From NCBI GenBank assembly GCA_005883075.1, contig VBAX01000047.1, positions 29,598-93,597 on the forward strand: DNA of 64,000 nt, written 5' to 3'. Under the pieces are notes generated by a model that saw only the letters and a program-made list of their open reading frames with translations, was not told the origin of the DNA and searched no databases. The position numbers and the translations under genes are program-made. Shown piece by piece: positions 29,846-39,436 of the stretch (position 1 is the stretch's first letter; the number at the start of each line of letters is the position of its first letter). This stretch comes from Candidatus Bathyarchaeota archaeon (GTDB lineage: Archaea > Thermoproteota > Bathyarchaeia > 40CM-2-53-6).

Positions 29846-30607
29846 CTATCCAGAGAGAGTGTCGCCAGGCTCGGTTTCAGAAGAGCTCTTAACCGCTTTC
29901 CGCCATTCTCTCGCCTTGTCCCCAAGCCTGCGAAGCAGCTTATCCTCTTCACGAGTGAGAAGTTCGCCTTTGCCAATCTTACTTCTTAGCGAGGATATCG
30001 TCATCTCATCCTCCTCTACCGGATATCCTGACTCTTCGATAGAATGGAGAAGCGACCTCGCCTGGTCATCCACCTTTCCCACATTCTGTCTCTCCGCTCT
30101 TCCACCCTCTACGGTTATCTTGCTTGGCACGGTTGAGATCGGTTTGAATGCGAGAATATCCGTGATAGCGCCTGTACGTTCTCCCAGGTTCTTGAGAGAT
30201 GGCGCTACTTTCATTCCGATCGATACGCTATCAGGATCCTCCGCAGCAAGCAAGTGGATTATTCCTCCCTTGACGCCTTCAAACTTCACGAGGCCCACTG
30301 TTACGGGCGAGTCGGTGTCAGAACCTGATCTGTTCCTATTGACACAAGTGAAACTGTAGACATAACCTGGCTTGTCGATTGGAAACTGGTCTTTCATCTC
30401 GATGAAACAGTCGGGGCAGTACATTCTGGCCGGAATGTAAGTGCTCTTGCACTTTGAGCATTTCGAGACTAGAAAGCGACCGTTATCCCGGAGTTCACGT
30501 CGAAACTCCTCCCCTGCAACCCCTGCAGTGTAGTGGTATTCCAGAGGTATGCTGTCCGTCCAGTGCCGAGCTTGACCGGGTTGAGCGAGTTTCTCTAAAA
30601 TTGGCAT
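29846..30607 (-). CDS. DUF35 Zn-ribbon/OB-fold protein with C-terminal helical extension
   Basis: CSKC..PARMYCPDC, OB-fold ending GAITDI, then ~90 extra charged residues. Confidence 0.85.
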   Translation of the reverse strand: MPILEKLAQPGQARHWTDSIPLEYHYTAGVAGEEFRRELRDNGRFLVSKCSKCKSTYIPARMYCPDCFIEMKDQFPIDKPGYVYSFTCVNRNRSGSDTDSPVTVGLVKFEGVKGGIIHLLAAEDPDSVSIGMKVAPSLKNLGERTGAITDILAFKPISTVPSKITVEGGRAERQNVGKVDDQARSLLHSIEESGYPVEEDEMTISSLRSKIGKGELLTREEDKLLRRLGDKAREWRKAVKSSSETEPGDTLSG

Positions 30608-30613
30608 GTCTTA

Positions 30614-31132
30614 CTAGTCTCCTATCGGTTTGAAGTAGCGGATATCTGTGATCGCTCCTTGCCGCTCGCTGGATGATTTCCATACTGCTTTGACTTTCAT
30701 GCCTACTTTGATCTTTGAGGGCTCAACTTCTCCTAGGTTGTGGAGGATTCCCATTCCAGGAGTCGCGCGGTCGAGATCGACGACAGCGACGAGTATTGGT
30801 GTTTTTAATCGTCGTGCATCAGTTCCGACGTGCGATATGGAGTAGGTGTTGACGGTACCTGTGTCTTTGACTTGGATCCATTCGTCCGTAGGCCGGAAGC
30901 ATTGCTCGCAGTACATTCGCGGTGGTACAAGGATCCGTTCGCATCTCATGCATTTCCTAGCGATTATCCTCCCCTCTTTCAATTCGGCTAAGAAGCGGCT
31001 GATTGCGACGCCTGCAGCCCAGCTGTACTTGGGCTCAAACTTGTAGACAACATCGAGGTACTTTCCTTCCCTCACATCCTCCGGAGTAATTTCGTGGCCC
31101 GGATAACTCGTAATCTTCTGGGACATATTCAT
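30614..31132 (-). CDS. DUF35 Zn-ribbon/OB-fold protein
   Basis: CMRC..PPRMYCEQC, GTVNTYS, GMKVKAVW..GAITDIRYF. Confidence 0.9.
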   Translation of the reverse strand: MNMSQKITSYPGHEITPEDVREGKYLDVVYKFEPKYSWAAGVAISRFLAELKEGRIIARKCMRCERILVPPRMYCEQCFRPTDEWIQVKDTGTVNTYSISHVGTDARRLKTPILVAVVDLDRATPGMGILHNLGEVEPSKIKVGMKVKAVWKSSSERQGAITDIRYFKPIGD

Positions 31133-31141
31133 CTTCCTCCT

Positions 31142-32302
31142 TTAAGACCTCATTACCGCAACAGTTCCAACTTGCATAAGGTCACCCCAGGCCTGAGCGA
31201 GACCAGTCCGAGCGTCCTTCTTCACCTGTCGCTTGCCCGCTTCTCCCCGAAGCTGCCAAAATACTTCGCAGATCTTCATCATCCCAGCCGCCGCGATAGG
31301 ATTACCAACACCCAACAGCCCACCGGAAGGACAGACAGGTAGATCACCGTCCCGCTGCGTAACACCGTCAACGGCCATCTGGGGAGCTTCCCCCTTTCCT
31401 GCCAATTGCAATCCTTCCATGTGGTGGAGTTCCTTGTAGTCGAACGGGTCGTATACTTCTGCGATATCGATCTCTTTCCTGGGCTTCTTGATCCCCGCCA
31501 TTTTATAGGCCATCCATGCAGCCTTCTCAACATATTCTGGATAGGCCAAGTCACGGTTCGTCCAGTGTGTTGAATCAAGCGTCCAACCAACACCGTCCAG
31601 CCAGACAGGCTGATCTGTCAGCTTCTTTGCAACTTTCTCGGAAGCAAGCACCACCGCAGCAGCACCGTCGCTGGGAGGACTCACGTCCAATCGTTTGACG
31701 GGCCAGCAGATCGGCTCGGAATTCATGACATCCTCGACAGTAATCTTGGCCCCTAGCTGAGCACAAGGATGATCAACAGCGTTCCCCTTGTTCTTCACGG
31801 CAACGCTCGCGATCTCCTCTTCCTTGATTCCATACTTGTGCATATACCGTCTCATCTCCAACGAGAAAATCCACAGCAACGTCGTGCCGAGCGGCCTCTC
31901 CAGGATCTGATCGAAGATGCTCCAGAACGCATACTGAGGATGAGGGTGCAAAGGTGACATCTTCTCTTCGGCTACACAGAGACAAGTATCGTACATTCCT
32001 GAGGCAACGTTCCACCATCCGCCGATAGGGGTGAAGACTCCGGTTCCCCCTCCAACGTAGACACGCTGGTTGGGCTTGCCGATCCCGCCAGTCCCGTCTA
32101 GAAGATATTCTCCCTTCATGTGCATCCCGTCAAACGCATCGGGAGCCGATCCAGATACCACTGATTGGATATCCTTCAGCTCAAGCCCTGCAGAGTCGAG
32201 AGCCATTCTCGTCGCTTCAAACGAAAGCTCCTTCGGGCTTTCCAGCATTCGGCGACGGAACAATGTCATACCCGCTCCAACAATTGCTACACGATTCTTC
32301 AT
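31142..32302 (-). CDS. thiolase-superfamily (SCP2-type) protein
   Basis: VAIVGAG, AVKNKGNA, SDGAAAVVL, AEVYDPF, PSGGLLGVGNP; lacks the usual nucleophilic Cys. Confidence 0.88.
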   Translation of the reverse strand: MKNRVAIVGAGMTLFRRRMLESPKELSFEATRMALDSAGLELKDIQSVVSGSAPDAFDGMHMKGEYLLDGTGGIGKPNQRVYVGGGTGVFTPIGGWWNVASGMYDTCLCVAEEKMSPLHPHPQYAFWSIFDQILERPLGTTLLWIFSLEMRRYMHKYGIKEEEIASVAVKNKGNAVDHPCAQLGAKITVEDVMNSEPICWPVKRLDVSPPSDGAAAVVLASEKVAKKLTDQPVWLDGVGWTLDSTHWTNRDLAYPEYVEKAAWMAYKMAGIKKPRKEIDIAEVYDPFDYKELHHMEGLQLAGKGEAPQMAVDGVTQRDGDLPVCPSGGLLGVGNPIAAAGMMKICEVFWQLRGEAGKRQVKKDARTGLAQAWGDLMQVGTVAVMRS

Positions 32303-32315
32303 CCCTAGATACCTC

Positions 32316-33467
32316 CTAGTTTCCTAACACCGCTGCGGCACCTGTGGCCGTGGGTATTCCTCTCCAGCTCTGAACGACCGCTTTCTTCACCCTTGGAATC
32401 TGCAAGCGTCCCGCCTGCCCCCTGAGTTGAAGAACAGCCTCAAGCACTCTGTGAAGACCAGTTGCCTCCAACAGGTGTCCAACCCCAAGGGACCCGCCTG
32501 ACGCGTTTACAGGCAAGCGACCATCTCTGTCGAAAGTGCCTGACTCGACCATCTTACCAGCTTTGCCTTTCCCGGCAAGTTTGAGGGCTTCGAGGCTCTG
32601 AAGTTCCTTGTAGGAATAAGTATCATCTACCTCAGCGAGGTCAAAGTAGGTCGTAGGATTTCGTATTCCTGCCATTTTGTATGCGCGAGCTGCTGACTGT
32701 TCCACGTACACCGCTTTCGCCATATCTCGATCCTCTATCCACGGCGTATCAGAACTCCAACCGATACCGCTTATCGAGACAGTATGGTCACCGAGCTTCT
32801 TGGCCTTCTGAGCCGACGCTAACACGAACACGATGCTCCCATCGATAGTCTTGCTCGATTCCAATTCGGTAAGTGGGGAAGCCGCAACTTTCGAGCTGAG
32901 CACTGCCCTCTTATCCAAATTTGCTCCGTGTACTCCGCGAGGGTTCAGCAGCGCGTTTTTCTTGTTCTTCACGGCAACCTGCGCGCAGTGATCTCGCTTT
33001 GTTCCAGTGTCCTTCAAGTAGCGAGTCATTTCCATCCCAGCGACAAATCTCGGGTCGGCGTTAACATGGTGATTGTAGATCGGGTCTAGCGCGAAGCTCG
33101 AGATCTCGTCCGGGTTCAGAACATCTGAGATCTTGCTGTGAGACTCCACAACTGCCACATCTGCGATTCCAGACATAATGTGCATACAGGCCGTTGCTAG
33201 GCCAACAATTCCATCTGATGATATAGTGCACAATGGCTTGAGGACAGCCCCGAGCTGGTCGGGCATGTACTCGTCAGTTATGCTGATGCCCTCCCAAAAA
33301 TCCTCAGTACAACAGATGAAACTCTGAACGTCTTTTCGAGGGTCTATCCCCGCGTCCTCATAGGCGCGGCTTGCGGCTTCAAACATTAGCTCTCGGGTTG
33401 AGAGTCCAGGAGTCATCGAGTCGAAGCCCGAATATCCGACTCCGACAATTCCTACACGTAGAGGCAA
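32316..33467 (-). CDS. thiolase-superfamily (SCP2-type) protein
   Basis: VGIVGVG, AVKNKKNALLNP, AEVDDTY, NASGGSLGVGH. Confidence 0.88.
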   Translation of the reverse strand: MPLRVGIVGVGYSGFDSMTPGLSTRELMFEAASRAYEDAGIDPRKDVQSFICCTEDFWEGISITDEYMPDQLGAVLKPLCTISSDGIVGLATACMHIMSGIADVAVVESHSKISDVLNPDEISSFALDPIYNHHVNADPRFVAGMEMTRYLKDTGTKRDHCAQVAVKNKKNALLNPRGVHGANLDKRAVLSSKVAASPLTELESSKTIDGSIVFVLASAQKAKKLGDHTVSISGIGWSSDTPWIEDRDMAKAVYVEQSAARAYKMAGIRNPTTYFDLAEVDDTYSYKELQSLEALKLAGKGKAGKMVESGTFDRDGRLPVNASGGSLGVGHLLEATGLHRVLEAVLQLRGQAGRLQIPRVKKAVVQSWRGIPTATGAAAVLGN

Positions 33468-33527
33468 GAATCGATCGGAAGCGACGGCACGAACGCGTTT
33501 ACTATAAGACTTCCTCGAATTAAATGC

Positions 33528-35180
33528 TCACTGCAGTGGCGGAGGTGGGGCCGATGATGAAGCAGGCACTTGCTGTGGGGGCGAGGGTTGCGGAGACCTG
33601 GCTCTAGGCGTTCCACACGTCGTGCAGAAGTTTTCTGTTGGACTGAGAGGCTTTCCACAAGCTCCACAATAGGCCGCGGGTATTCCAATCGGGTAAGGCA
33701 GAGTAGTTGGCATGGCGGCTCGGCGAGCATGTTCTCTCTTCAAGGCCACGAGTACAACTGTGATGGCGACAGTAATTGGAGGCAGGATTATCGTAAGAAG
33801 TTCTGCAATGCTGAAGACAGGGATCGAGATGTTGACTGGTCCTAGAACACTGGTACTAACGACAGACCGTACTCCATAGGGTACTGTAACGCGCAGGTTG
33901 TAGCTGCCTGGTGGCAATTGTGCAAGAGTAGCGTTCCCTTCAGGGCCGGTTTTTACCGTCTGATTTGTCGAGTCAGGGAGGAACGTGAGAACGGTCGCTC
34001 CGCTAACGGGCAGAGAGTAGAATCGACCGACTACTCGGACGGGAATTGAGAAGACATTTCCCTGGATTGTCTGGCTTGACGCCGCGCTCGAGACTAGAGT
34101 GTTGTTTACAACGTTGACGCCGTGCCAGTATGCGTAACTGATCGTATAAGTGCCGCTACTCGATTGAGGGATGCTCTGAGACATGTAGTGAGTATAGTAG
34201 ATGACATTGCCGGTGCCTGGGTCTCGTAGCGAAATCCAATCTGGCGTGAAAGGGCTCCCATTGCGATCAATGAAGTTGAAGGAGGTAATGGTGGGAAATC
34301 CTGATGTGGGCCAGAGTGGTGTAGAGGGAGGGATCTGTCCAACTACCTTTTGATCCGCGGGAATATTGCTTCCAGCGAGGAAGTCGTTGTCAATCGATTC
34401 GACCTCAACCACCCCATAGGGATTCAGGAGGTTTGATTGACTGCTGTACCCGAAGCAGCAGTGGCTTACCCCGGTTGGCATTTGGTGCCATGGACCTGCC
34501 TGGCGTATTTCTAGATCTTTGAACTCGGCAGGGCCGATTATGTCTTTGTTGTCCGAGGCCTGGGCTACTTCCGCGATTCCCGCTGGAGCCTGGTTGCCTG
34601 AGCTAGTTGCTCCTGCTCCAAGATAGTTTCTTTCCGATGGAAGAGGTGATTTTCCGAGTAGATTGCCATCCATGTAGAAGGACCAGACGCCATTGCCGGT
34701 GTGGGTCATTGAGTATGTGTGCCAGGACCCTATTGGTCCGGCTGACCCTTCAGGGCCGATTATGGGCGGACAGTCACAATTAGGGGTGTTGAAGGTTTCG
34801 AAGAACCAGGCGCAACAGTACGGTTGGCCAGTAGTGCTTAGTCCGTTAAGATATCCTACTTGGACGAAACCTCCGGTGGAGAGTAGGGATCCTACCCAGT
34901 AAGAATGCGCGTCGTTCCGAACCTGGTCATAGACCGTTCTCATTGTAATGTTCGCGCTGTCAACATTGTAACTGTTGTTGTCACCAATGGCTCCGATCTG
35001 GAACCAGTAATAGCTTCCAAGAGCAAAGGTGGTGGTTTGGAGTGGTGCTTGCCTAATTGGTTGAGGGACGAGAGCCGAGTTGGAATTGACAGTCCACGGG
35101 TTATGGCCGAGAACCATTAGAGACTGGAGGCCGGCGACGCTAATGATGGCTAGGGTAATCCAAAAGGTCCTTGTCCTCAT
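33528..35180 (-). CDS. membrane-anchored surface protein with cytoplasmic zinc ribbon
   Basis: signal peptide, beta-rich N-domain (YWVG..FVQVGY), carboxypeptidase-regulatory-like domain, TM segment, CGACG..CTTCG and Pro-rich tail. Confidence 0.75.
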   Translation of the reverse strand: MRTRTFWITLAIISVAGLQSLMVLGHNPWTVNSNSALVPQPIRQAPLQTTTFALGSYYWFQIGAIGDNNSYNVDSANITMRTVYDQVRNDAHSYWVGSLLSTGGFVQVGYLNGLSTTGQPYCCAWFFETFNTPNCDCPPIIGPEGSAGPIGSWHTYSMTHTGNGVWSFYMDGNLLGKSPLPSERNYLGAGATSSGNQAPAGIAEVAQASDNKDIIGPAEFKDLEIRQAGPWHQMPTGVSHCCFGYSSQSNLLNPYGVVEVESIDNDFLAGSNIPADQKVVGQIPPSTPLWPTSGFPTITSFNFIDRNGSPFTPDWISLRDPGTGNVIYYTHYMSQSIPQSSSGTYTISYAYWHGVNVVNNTLVSSAASSQTIQGNVFSIPVRVVGRFYSLPVSGATVLTFLPDSTNQTVKTGPEGNATLAQLPPGSYNLRVTVPYGVRSVVSTSVLGPVNISIPVFSIAELLTIILPPITVAITVVLVALKREHARRAAMPTTLPYPIGIPAAYCGACGKPLSPTENFCTTCGTPRARSPQPSPPQQVPASSSAPPPPLQ

Positions 35181-35323
35181 CGCAGCTCCTTCACCGGTGG
35201 TCTTAGAGGCCTCGCGATTTTAGGAGCGTGGAACTCTCCCTCGTTGCTCTTGATCAAGATTTAGTTCTCGGCTAAGGTATAAACCGGAGCTTCCAAAAAA
35301 GGAATCTCCTAGAGGCTAATCGC

Positions 35324-36484
35324 TTGGGGTTCTTCGGAAACGAGCAGAAAGAACTCATTCAGATGATGTATGGGTCCAGCTCCGAGGACTATCTTCTCCT
35401 TCTAGACTCTCTCGGGGATTTTATCGAGAAAGAGATCGAGCCTACTGCACGAGAGATCGACGTGAACGCTCAGTTTCCACGCGAGAACATTGCCAAAATG
35501 TTCGAACAGGGCTTCACAAGCATGGGCTTTCCCAAAGAGTACGGAGGCCTTGAGCTTCCTTGGCCAGTCTACGTTGCCGCCATGGAGATGGTTGGCAAGG
35601 CTTGTGCCAGCACTGCCCTCTCTCTGGCGATTCATGGAACCTGTTGCGAAGGAGTTCGCCAGTTCAGTAATCCAGAGCAGAAGAAGCAGTTCCTTCCCGG
35701 GATGATCAGCGGAAAATCGTTTGCCGCGTTTTCCCTAACCGAGCCAGGTGCGGGATCGGACGCGCGAAATATGCAAACGCAGGCCCGGTTGGACGGCAAT
35801 GAATGGGTAGTTAACGGAACGAAAATGTTCACTACGAACGGTGGCTACTGTGACCTGTATTTTCTCTTCGCTAAGACAGCCAAAGGTCCTTCAGCATTTC
35901 TGGTCGATTCGAAGAAGGCGAAGTCAAGCAAGGACATTGAGAAGCTAGGCGTGAGAGGATCAGTGACTTCAGAGGTCGTGTTCGAAAACGCAAAGATTCC
36001 GAAAGAGAACCTTGTGGGAACGGAGGGAGAAGGATTCGAGTATGCAAAGAGGATGCTATGGGGTGGACGTGTGACTATTGGAGCGCTGACAACCGGAATT
36101 GCTCACGCCGCCTTCCAGAAAGCTGTGAAATACAGCAAGGAGAGGAGTGCATTTGGGAAAACGATATCCGAGTTCGAGATGACCCAAGCCAAGCTCGCTG
36201 ACATGTTGACGATGATTAACGCGTCCCGGATGATGGTTTACCGTGCTGCGCATCTCAAGAGTCAGGGACAGCCGTTCGAGTCAGAAGCTGCTCAAGGCAA
36301 ACTGTTGGCCACCGAGAGTGCGCTGAAGGTGTGCGATGAGGCAATTCAGATCTTTGGAGGTTATGGGTATGCGGACGAGTTTGATGTTCACCGTCACTGG
36401 CGGGACGCGAGACTGATGACGGTGGGCGAGGGGACCTCGGAGATCATGAGGCTGATTATCTCGAAGAATATACTTCATCCCTAG
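35324..36484 (+). CDS. acyl-CoA dehydrogenase
   Basis: SLTEPGAGSDA, NGTKMFTTNG, KLGVRGS, QIFGGYGY, GEGTSEI; TATAAA at 35278. Confidence 0.95.
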   Translation: MGFFGNEQKELIQMMYGSSSEDYLLLLDSLGDFIEKEIEPTAREIDVNAQFPRENIAKMFEQGFTSMGFPKEYGGLELPWPVYVAAMEMVGKACASTALSLAIHGTCCEGVRQFSNPEQKKQFLPGMISGKSFAAFSLTEPGAGSDARNMQTQARLDGNEWVVNGTKMFTTNGGYCDLYFLFAKTAKGPSAFLVDSKKAKSSKDIEKLGVRGSVTSEVVFENAKIPKENLVGTEGEGFEYAKRMLWGGRVTIGALTTGIAHAAFQKAVKYSKERSAFGKTISEFEMTQAKLADMLTMINASRMMVYRAAHLKSQGQPFESEAAQGKLLATESALKVCDEAIQIFGGYGYADEFDVHRHWRDARLMTVGEGTSEIMRLIISKNILHP

Positions 36485-36489
36485 TAAGG

Positions 36490-36993
36490 TCACAACTTCT
36501 TCTCGTAGAGGCTAGCTTTCCAGCCAGGTGTCTCAGTGTCTCTAACGTGGATGAATCCGACTTTCTGGTAGTATTCGCGGATAGTCTTGTTGCTAGCGAG
36601 ACAGTCAAGCCGCAAGTATCTCTTTCCTTCGGCTCTCGCTTTGGCCTCAGCCCATTGTATCATTCGAAGTCCGAGATGTTGACCGCTGTAGGAGCGTTTG
36701 ATGGCGAGCTTGTGAACGTACCCGGCATCCGGTGGGAGGTCGCCCCAGAACTTCTTGTCGTTCCATTGGAGGGTGATTGTCCCCACGGTCGCCTCTATCG
36801 CCTTCACAACGTATACCTCGCCTCGCTCAATATTGTCCTTGATTGTCTGCCGGAAACCCGGGCTGGGCCGCCACTGACTCTCAAGCCCCTTTGAAGATAA
36901 CCATCGAGAGGCTTCCTCCAGAATTTCCAGAACCGTATCAAGATCGCCTTGGTGCGCTCGGATTATCCTGACATCCGATCCAACGTTGACCAA
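36490..36993 (-). CDS. GNAT family N-acetyltransferase
   Basis: YVHKLAI..YSGQHLG acetyl-CoA motif, LRLDC..N..YY..GF. Confidence 0.88.
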   Translation of the reverse strand: MVNVGSDVRIIRAHQGDLDTVLEILEEASRWLSSKGLESQWRPSPGFRQTIKDNIERGEVYVVKAIEATVGTITLQWNDKKFWGDLPPDAGYVHKLAIKRSYSGQHLGLRMIQWAEAKARAEGKRYLRLDCLASNKTIREYYQKVGFIHVRDTETPGWKASLYEKKL

Positions 36994-37175
36994 ATAGCTG
37001 GCCCTATCTTCAACCCTTGCCTTCGTAAGATTTGGACGTTACCAGCACTTCGACCGACACGAGATACTCCTGAGACCTGCGCGTCGAGAGGCCGGGCTTT
37101 GTGTTACCTGATTCCCATTGTGAGGGTTAGGCTCTGGCTATCATAGGCCTTGCCAATGGCCCTAGCGACCCAACC

Positions 37176-37529
37176 ATGAAGGTCAAGCACAAAGCCAAGG
37201 CGAAGACAAGATCGAAACCTAAGACCAGAGCCAAATCCAAGACGAGCCGAACAACCCGGGCAAGGACGGCCACGATGCCAACCCCGATTACAACGCCAAA
37301 CCTGAGCCCCGATTTCAAGACCTGTGAAGAGGTAGAAGTTGGAGATATCGGCGGCTTCGGAATCACCAGCGAGGAACGGATGGAACGAGAGACCCGATGC
37401 TCTCAGCGCGCAATACAGTTCTGCAAGAGCTGTGCTAGGAACCTATGCAATACTCATTACGACCTCCTTCACAAAGACCACGACAATATCGTCCGCCACG
37501 ATTCAGGGCCGAGCCCAGTTCAAATGTAG
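37176..37529 (+). CDS. small basic protein with C-terminal B-box-like zinc finger
   Basis: K/R/T/A-rich N-terminus; C-x7-C-x2-C-x4-C-x2-H-x4-H-x2-H; terminator immediately downstream. Confidence 0.72.
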   Translation: MKVKHKAKAKTRSKPKTRAKSKTSRTTRARTATMPTPITTPNLSPDFKTCEEVEVGDIGGFGITSEERMERETRCSQRAIQFCKSCARNLCNTHYDLLHKDHDNIVRHDSGPSPVQM

Positions 37530-37537
37530 GCGTATGG

Positions 37538-37569
37538 TGGGACACCCGTCCCATCTTCTCCTTTTTTTT
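37538..37569 (+). terminator. putative terminator
   Basis: TGGGAC-N4-GTCCCA hairpin then a pyrimidine run ending T8. Confidence 0.65.
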
Positions 37570-37882
37570 CGGAACAATTGGGGTCTTCATGTTTCAAGCC
37601 AAATCATCGAAATGAAGCGCGATTGTGCCCTAGTCTCCCTCATCAAGGCCGAACTCGCTTGAATGGCTGTGTGTCCACGGTTGCTTCCCGCATCCTCTTG
37701 ATACAGTCGAAATAGGCTTCAATTGGGAAAAATGGATTCGTTTCAGCCGAATTGTGGGTAAGATCCTGAGCGCACCGATTGTCTTGGACGTCCTTTCGGG
37801 AACGGAAGCTTATTACTCGGTACGTCCAACCGGCCTTCAGCTATTACCTAACATTTCCCGAAAAAAAGGTGGAAAACAGCCT

Positions 37883-38554
37883 ATGAGAACACTTATCGTT
37901 GGAGCGGGACGAATTGGAATGCACCTAATTGGCTACTTATCTTCGAGTGATGAGAACCAGCTTACGGTTATCGAGAAGGAAGGAGAACGATGCAAGGACG
38001 TCGCCGACAAGTACGACGCGATCATTCTAAACGAAGACGGGTCGAAGCTGGATATTCTGAAGAAAGCAGACGCATCTCAAGCCGACCTGTTGCTCGTAGC
38101 TACGGATGATGATCGAGTGAACCTCGCCACTACCAGAGCTGCGAAGAAGGAGTTCGGCATTCCCCGGGTCATTGCGGTTGCTAACAGTCCCAAGAGCAAG
38201 ACACGGCTTATGCAAGCAGGAGCCGACGTGGTTATCTGTCCTGTTGACCTAGCCCTACGCGACTTTGAGAACGTACTCTCGAAAGATCACTCTATTACAC
38301 TCATGTATCGGTCTGCTGAGAACCTGCGGGTGGCTGAAGCTGTTATCCCATTGAACGCGTCGCTCATAGGCAAGAAAATTCACGAGATACAGCTACCCGA
38401 AAAGTGCAGGGTCGGTCTCGTGTGCCGGGACAACGGCTTCGTATTCCCTGAACCTGAGCTTGAATTGAAATCGGGCGACAAGGTCTTGCTTTTAGGCGAC
38501 GCACCCTCAGTGGCACGAACCGTGGAACTCCTAAGGTCGAGTGAATCAGCTTAG
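37883..38554 (+). CDS. trkA: TrkA-family RCK (TrkA-N + TrkA-C) regulatory protein
   Basis: IVGAGRIG Rossmann motif, ATDDDRVN, C-terminal LIGKKI..LKSGD; likely ATG 37883. Confidence 0.88.
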   Translation: MRTLIVGAGRIGMHLIGYLSSSDENQLTVIEKEGERCKDVADKYDAIILNEDGSKLDILKKADASQADLLLVATDDDRVNLATTRAAKKEFGIPRVIAVANSPKSKTRLMQAGADVVICPVDLALRDFENVLSKDHSITLMYRSAENLRVAEAVIPLNASLIGKKIHEIQLPEKCRVGLVCRDNGFVFPEPELELKSGDKVLLLGDAPSVARTVELLRSSESA

Positions 38555-38587
38555 GCTCGATCATAACGAAGGTCTTGCCCGGTTACT

Positions 38588-39355
38588 TTGGCTATTCCAA
38601 CCATCTACGACCTTTTGACTAGCAACTTCGCGATCAGTCTCCTCCAAGTCGTCGTAACCCTCCTCATCACCTTCTTGGTCGTGCGTTTTTACCGGATCAT
38701 TATTCAGAGAGCGGCAGGGTCCGTTCCTTCCGGTCTCGTAGCCAGCCTTCAGCAGATCGGGTCTTGGGCTATCTGGATTCTCGGAATAATCATCGTCCTC
38801 AGCCAACTCGCTGTAGCGATCAATGTGCTCCTTCTCATATTGTTCCTTGGAGGGGCTGCGATAATCGTCGCTTACAGGAATATTCTCACTGACATGGCCG
38901 CGTCCCAGTTCATCTCCACCTACCAATCGTTCAAAGTGGGAGAGTGGATAGAAATCCAGGACTATTATGGCAGGGTTGTTGAGAGAAACCTGATCCAGAC
39001 GAAGATTCTGACCCCGGACAACGAGATCGTTATAGTCCCGAATTCGACTTTGTTGAAGAGGTCCGTTGTAAACAGAAGCCGGTCCGGTGGCTTGCGGGTC
39101 CAGATTCCAGTGACTGTCGACAGCAAGTTTGACCTGAAAAACGTGGAGAAGATCCTCCTGGAAATTGGCCAGGAGCTGAAGACTGATCTTGTTCCTGACG
39201 CTCCTCCCCAGGTGAGAGTCACAGAGGTTACATCCCAGCAAGCTCACCTCGTCCTTATGCTCCGAGTAACTAATCCGGCCAAGCGTGATCAGCTCATCTC
39301 AGATGTTCAAGAGAAATTCTACGAACTCCTTCCTGAACTCGACGCTCGAAAGTAG
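38588..39355 (+). CDS. small-conductance mechanosensitive channel (MscS family)
   Basis: three TM segments, FKVGEWIEI, T.DNEIVIVPNS. Confidence 0.88.
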   Translation: MAIPTIYDLLTSNFAISLLQVVVTLLITFLVVRFYRIIIQRAAGSVPSGLVASLQQIGSWAIWILGIIIVLSQLAVAINVLLLILFLGGAAIIVAYRNILTDMAASQFISTYQSFKVGEWIEIQDYYGRVVERNLIQTKILTPDNEIVIVPNSTLLKRSVVNRSRSGGLRVQIPVTVDSKFDLKNVEKILLEIGQELKTDLVPDAPPQVRVTEVTSQQAHLVLMLRVTNPAKRDQLISDVQEKFYELLPELDARK

Positions 39356-39436
39356 CCATTGAACGTTAAGCCATATTAGCCCGAGGTTTCGGGAACCCGT
39401 TTCTGTAACTCACGAAATCGTAGAGGACATTCTTCC

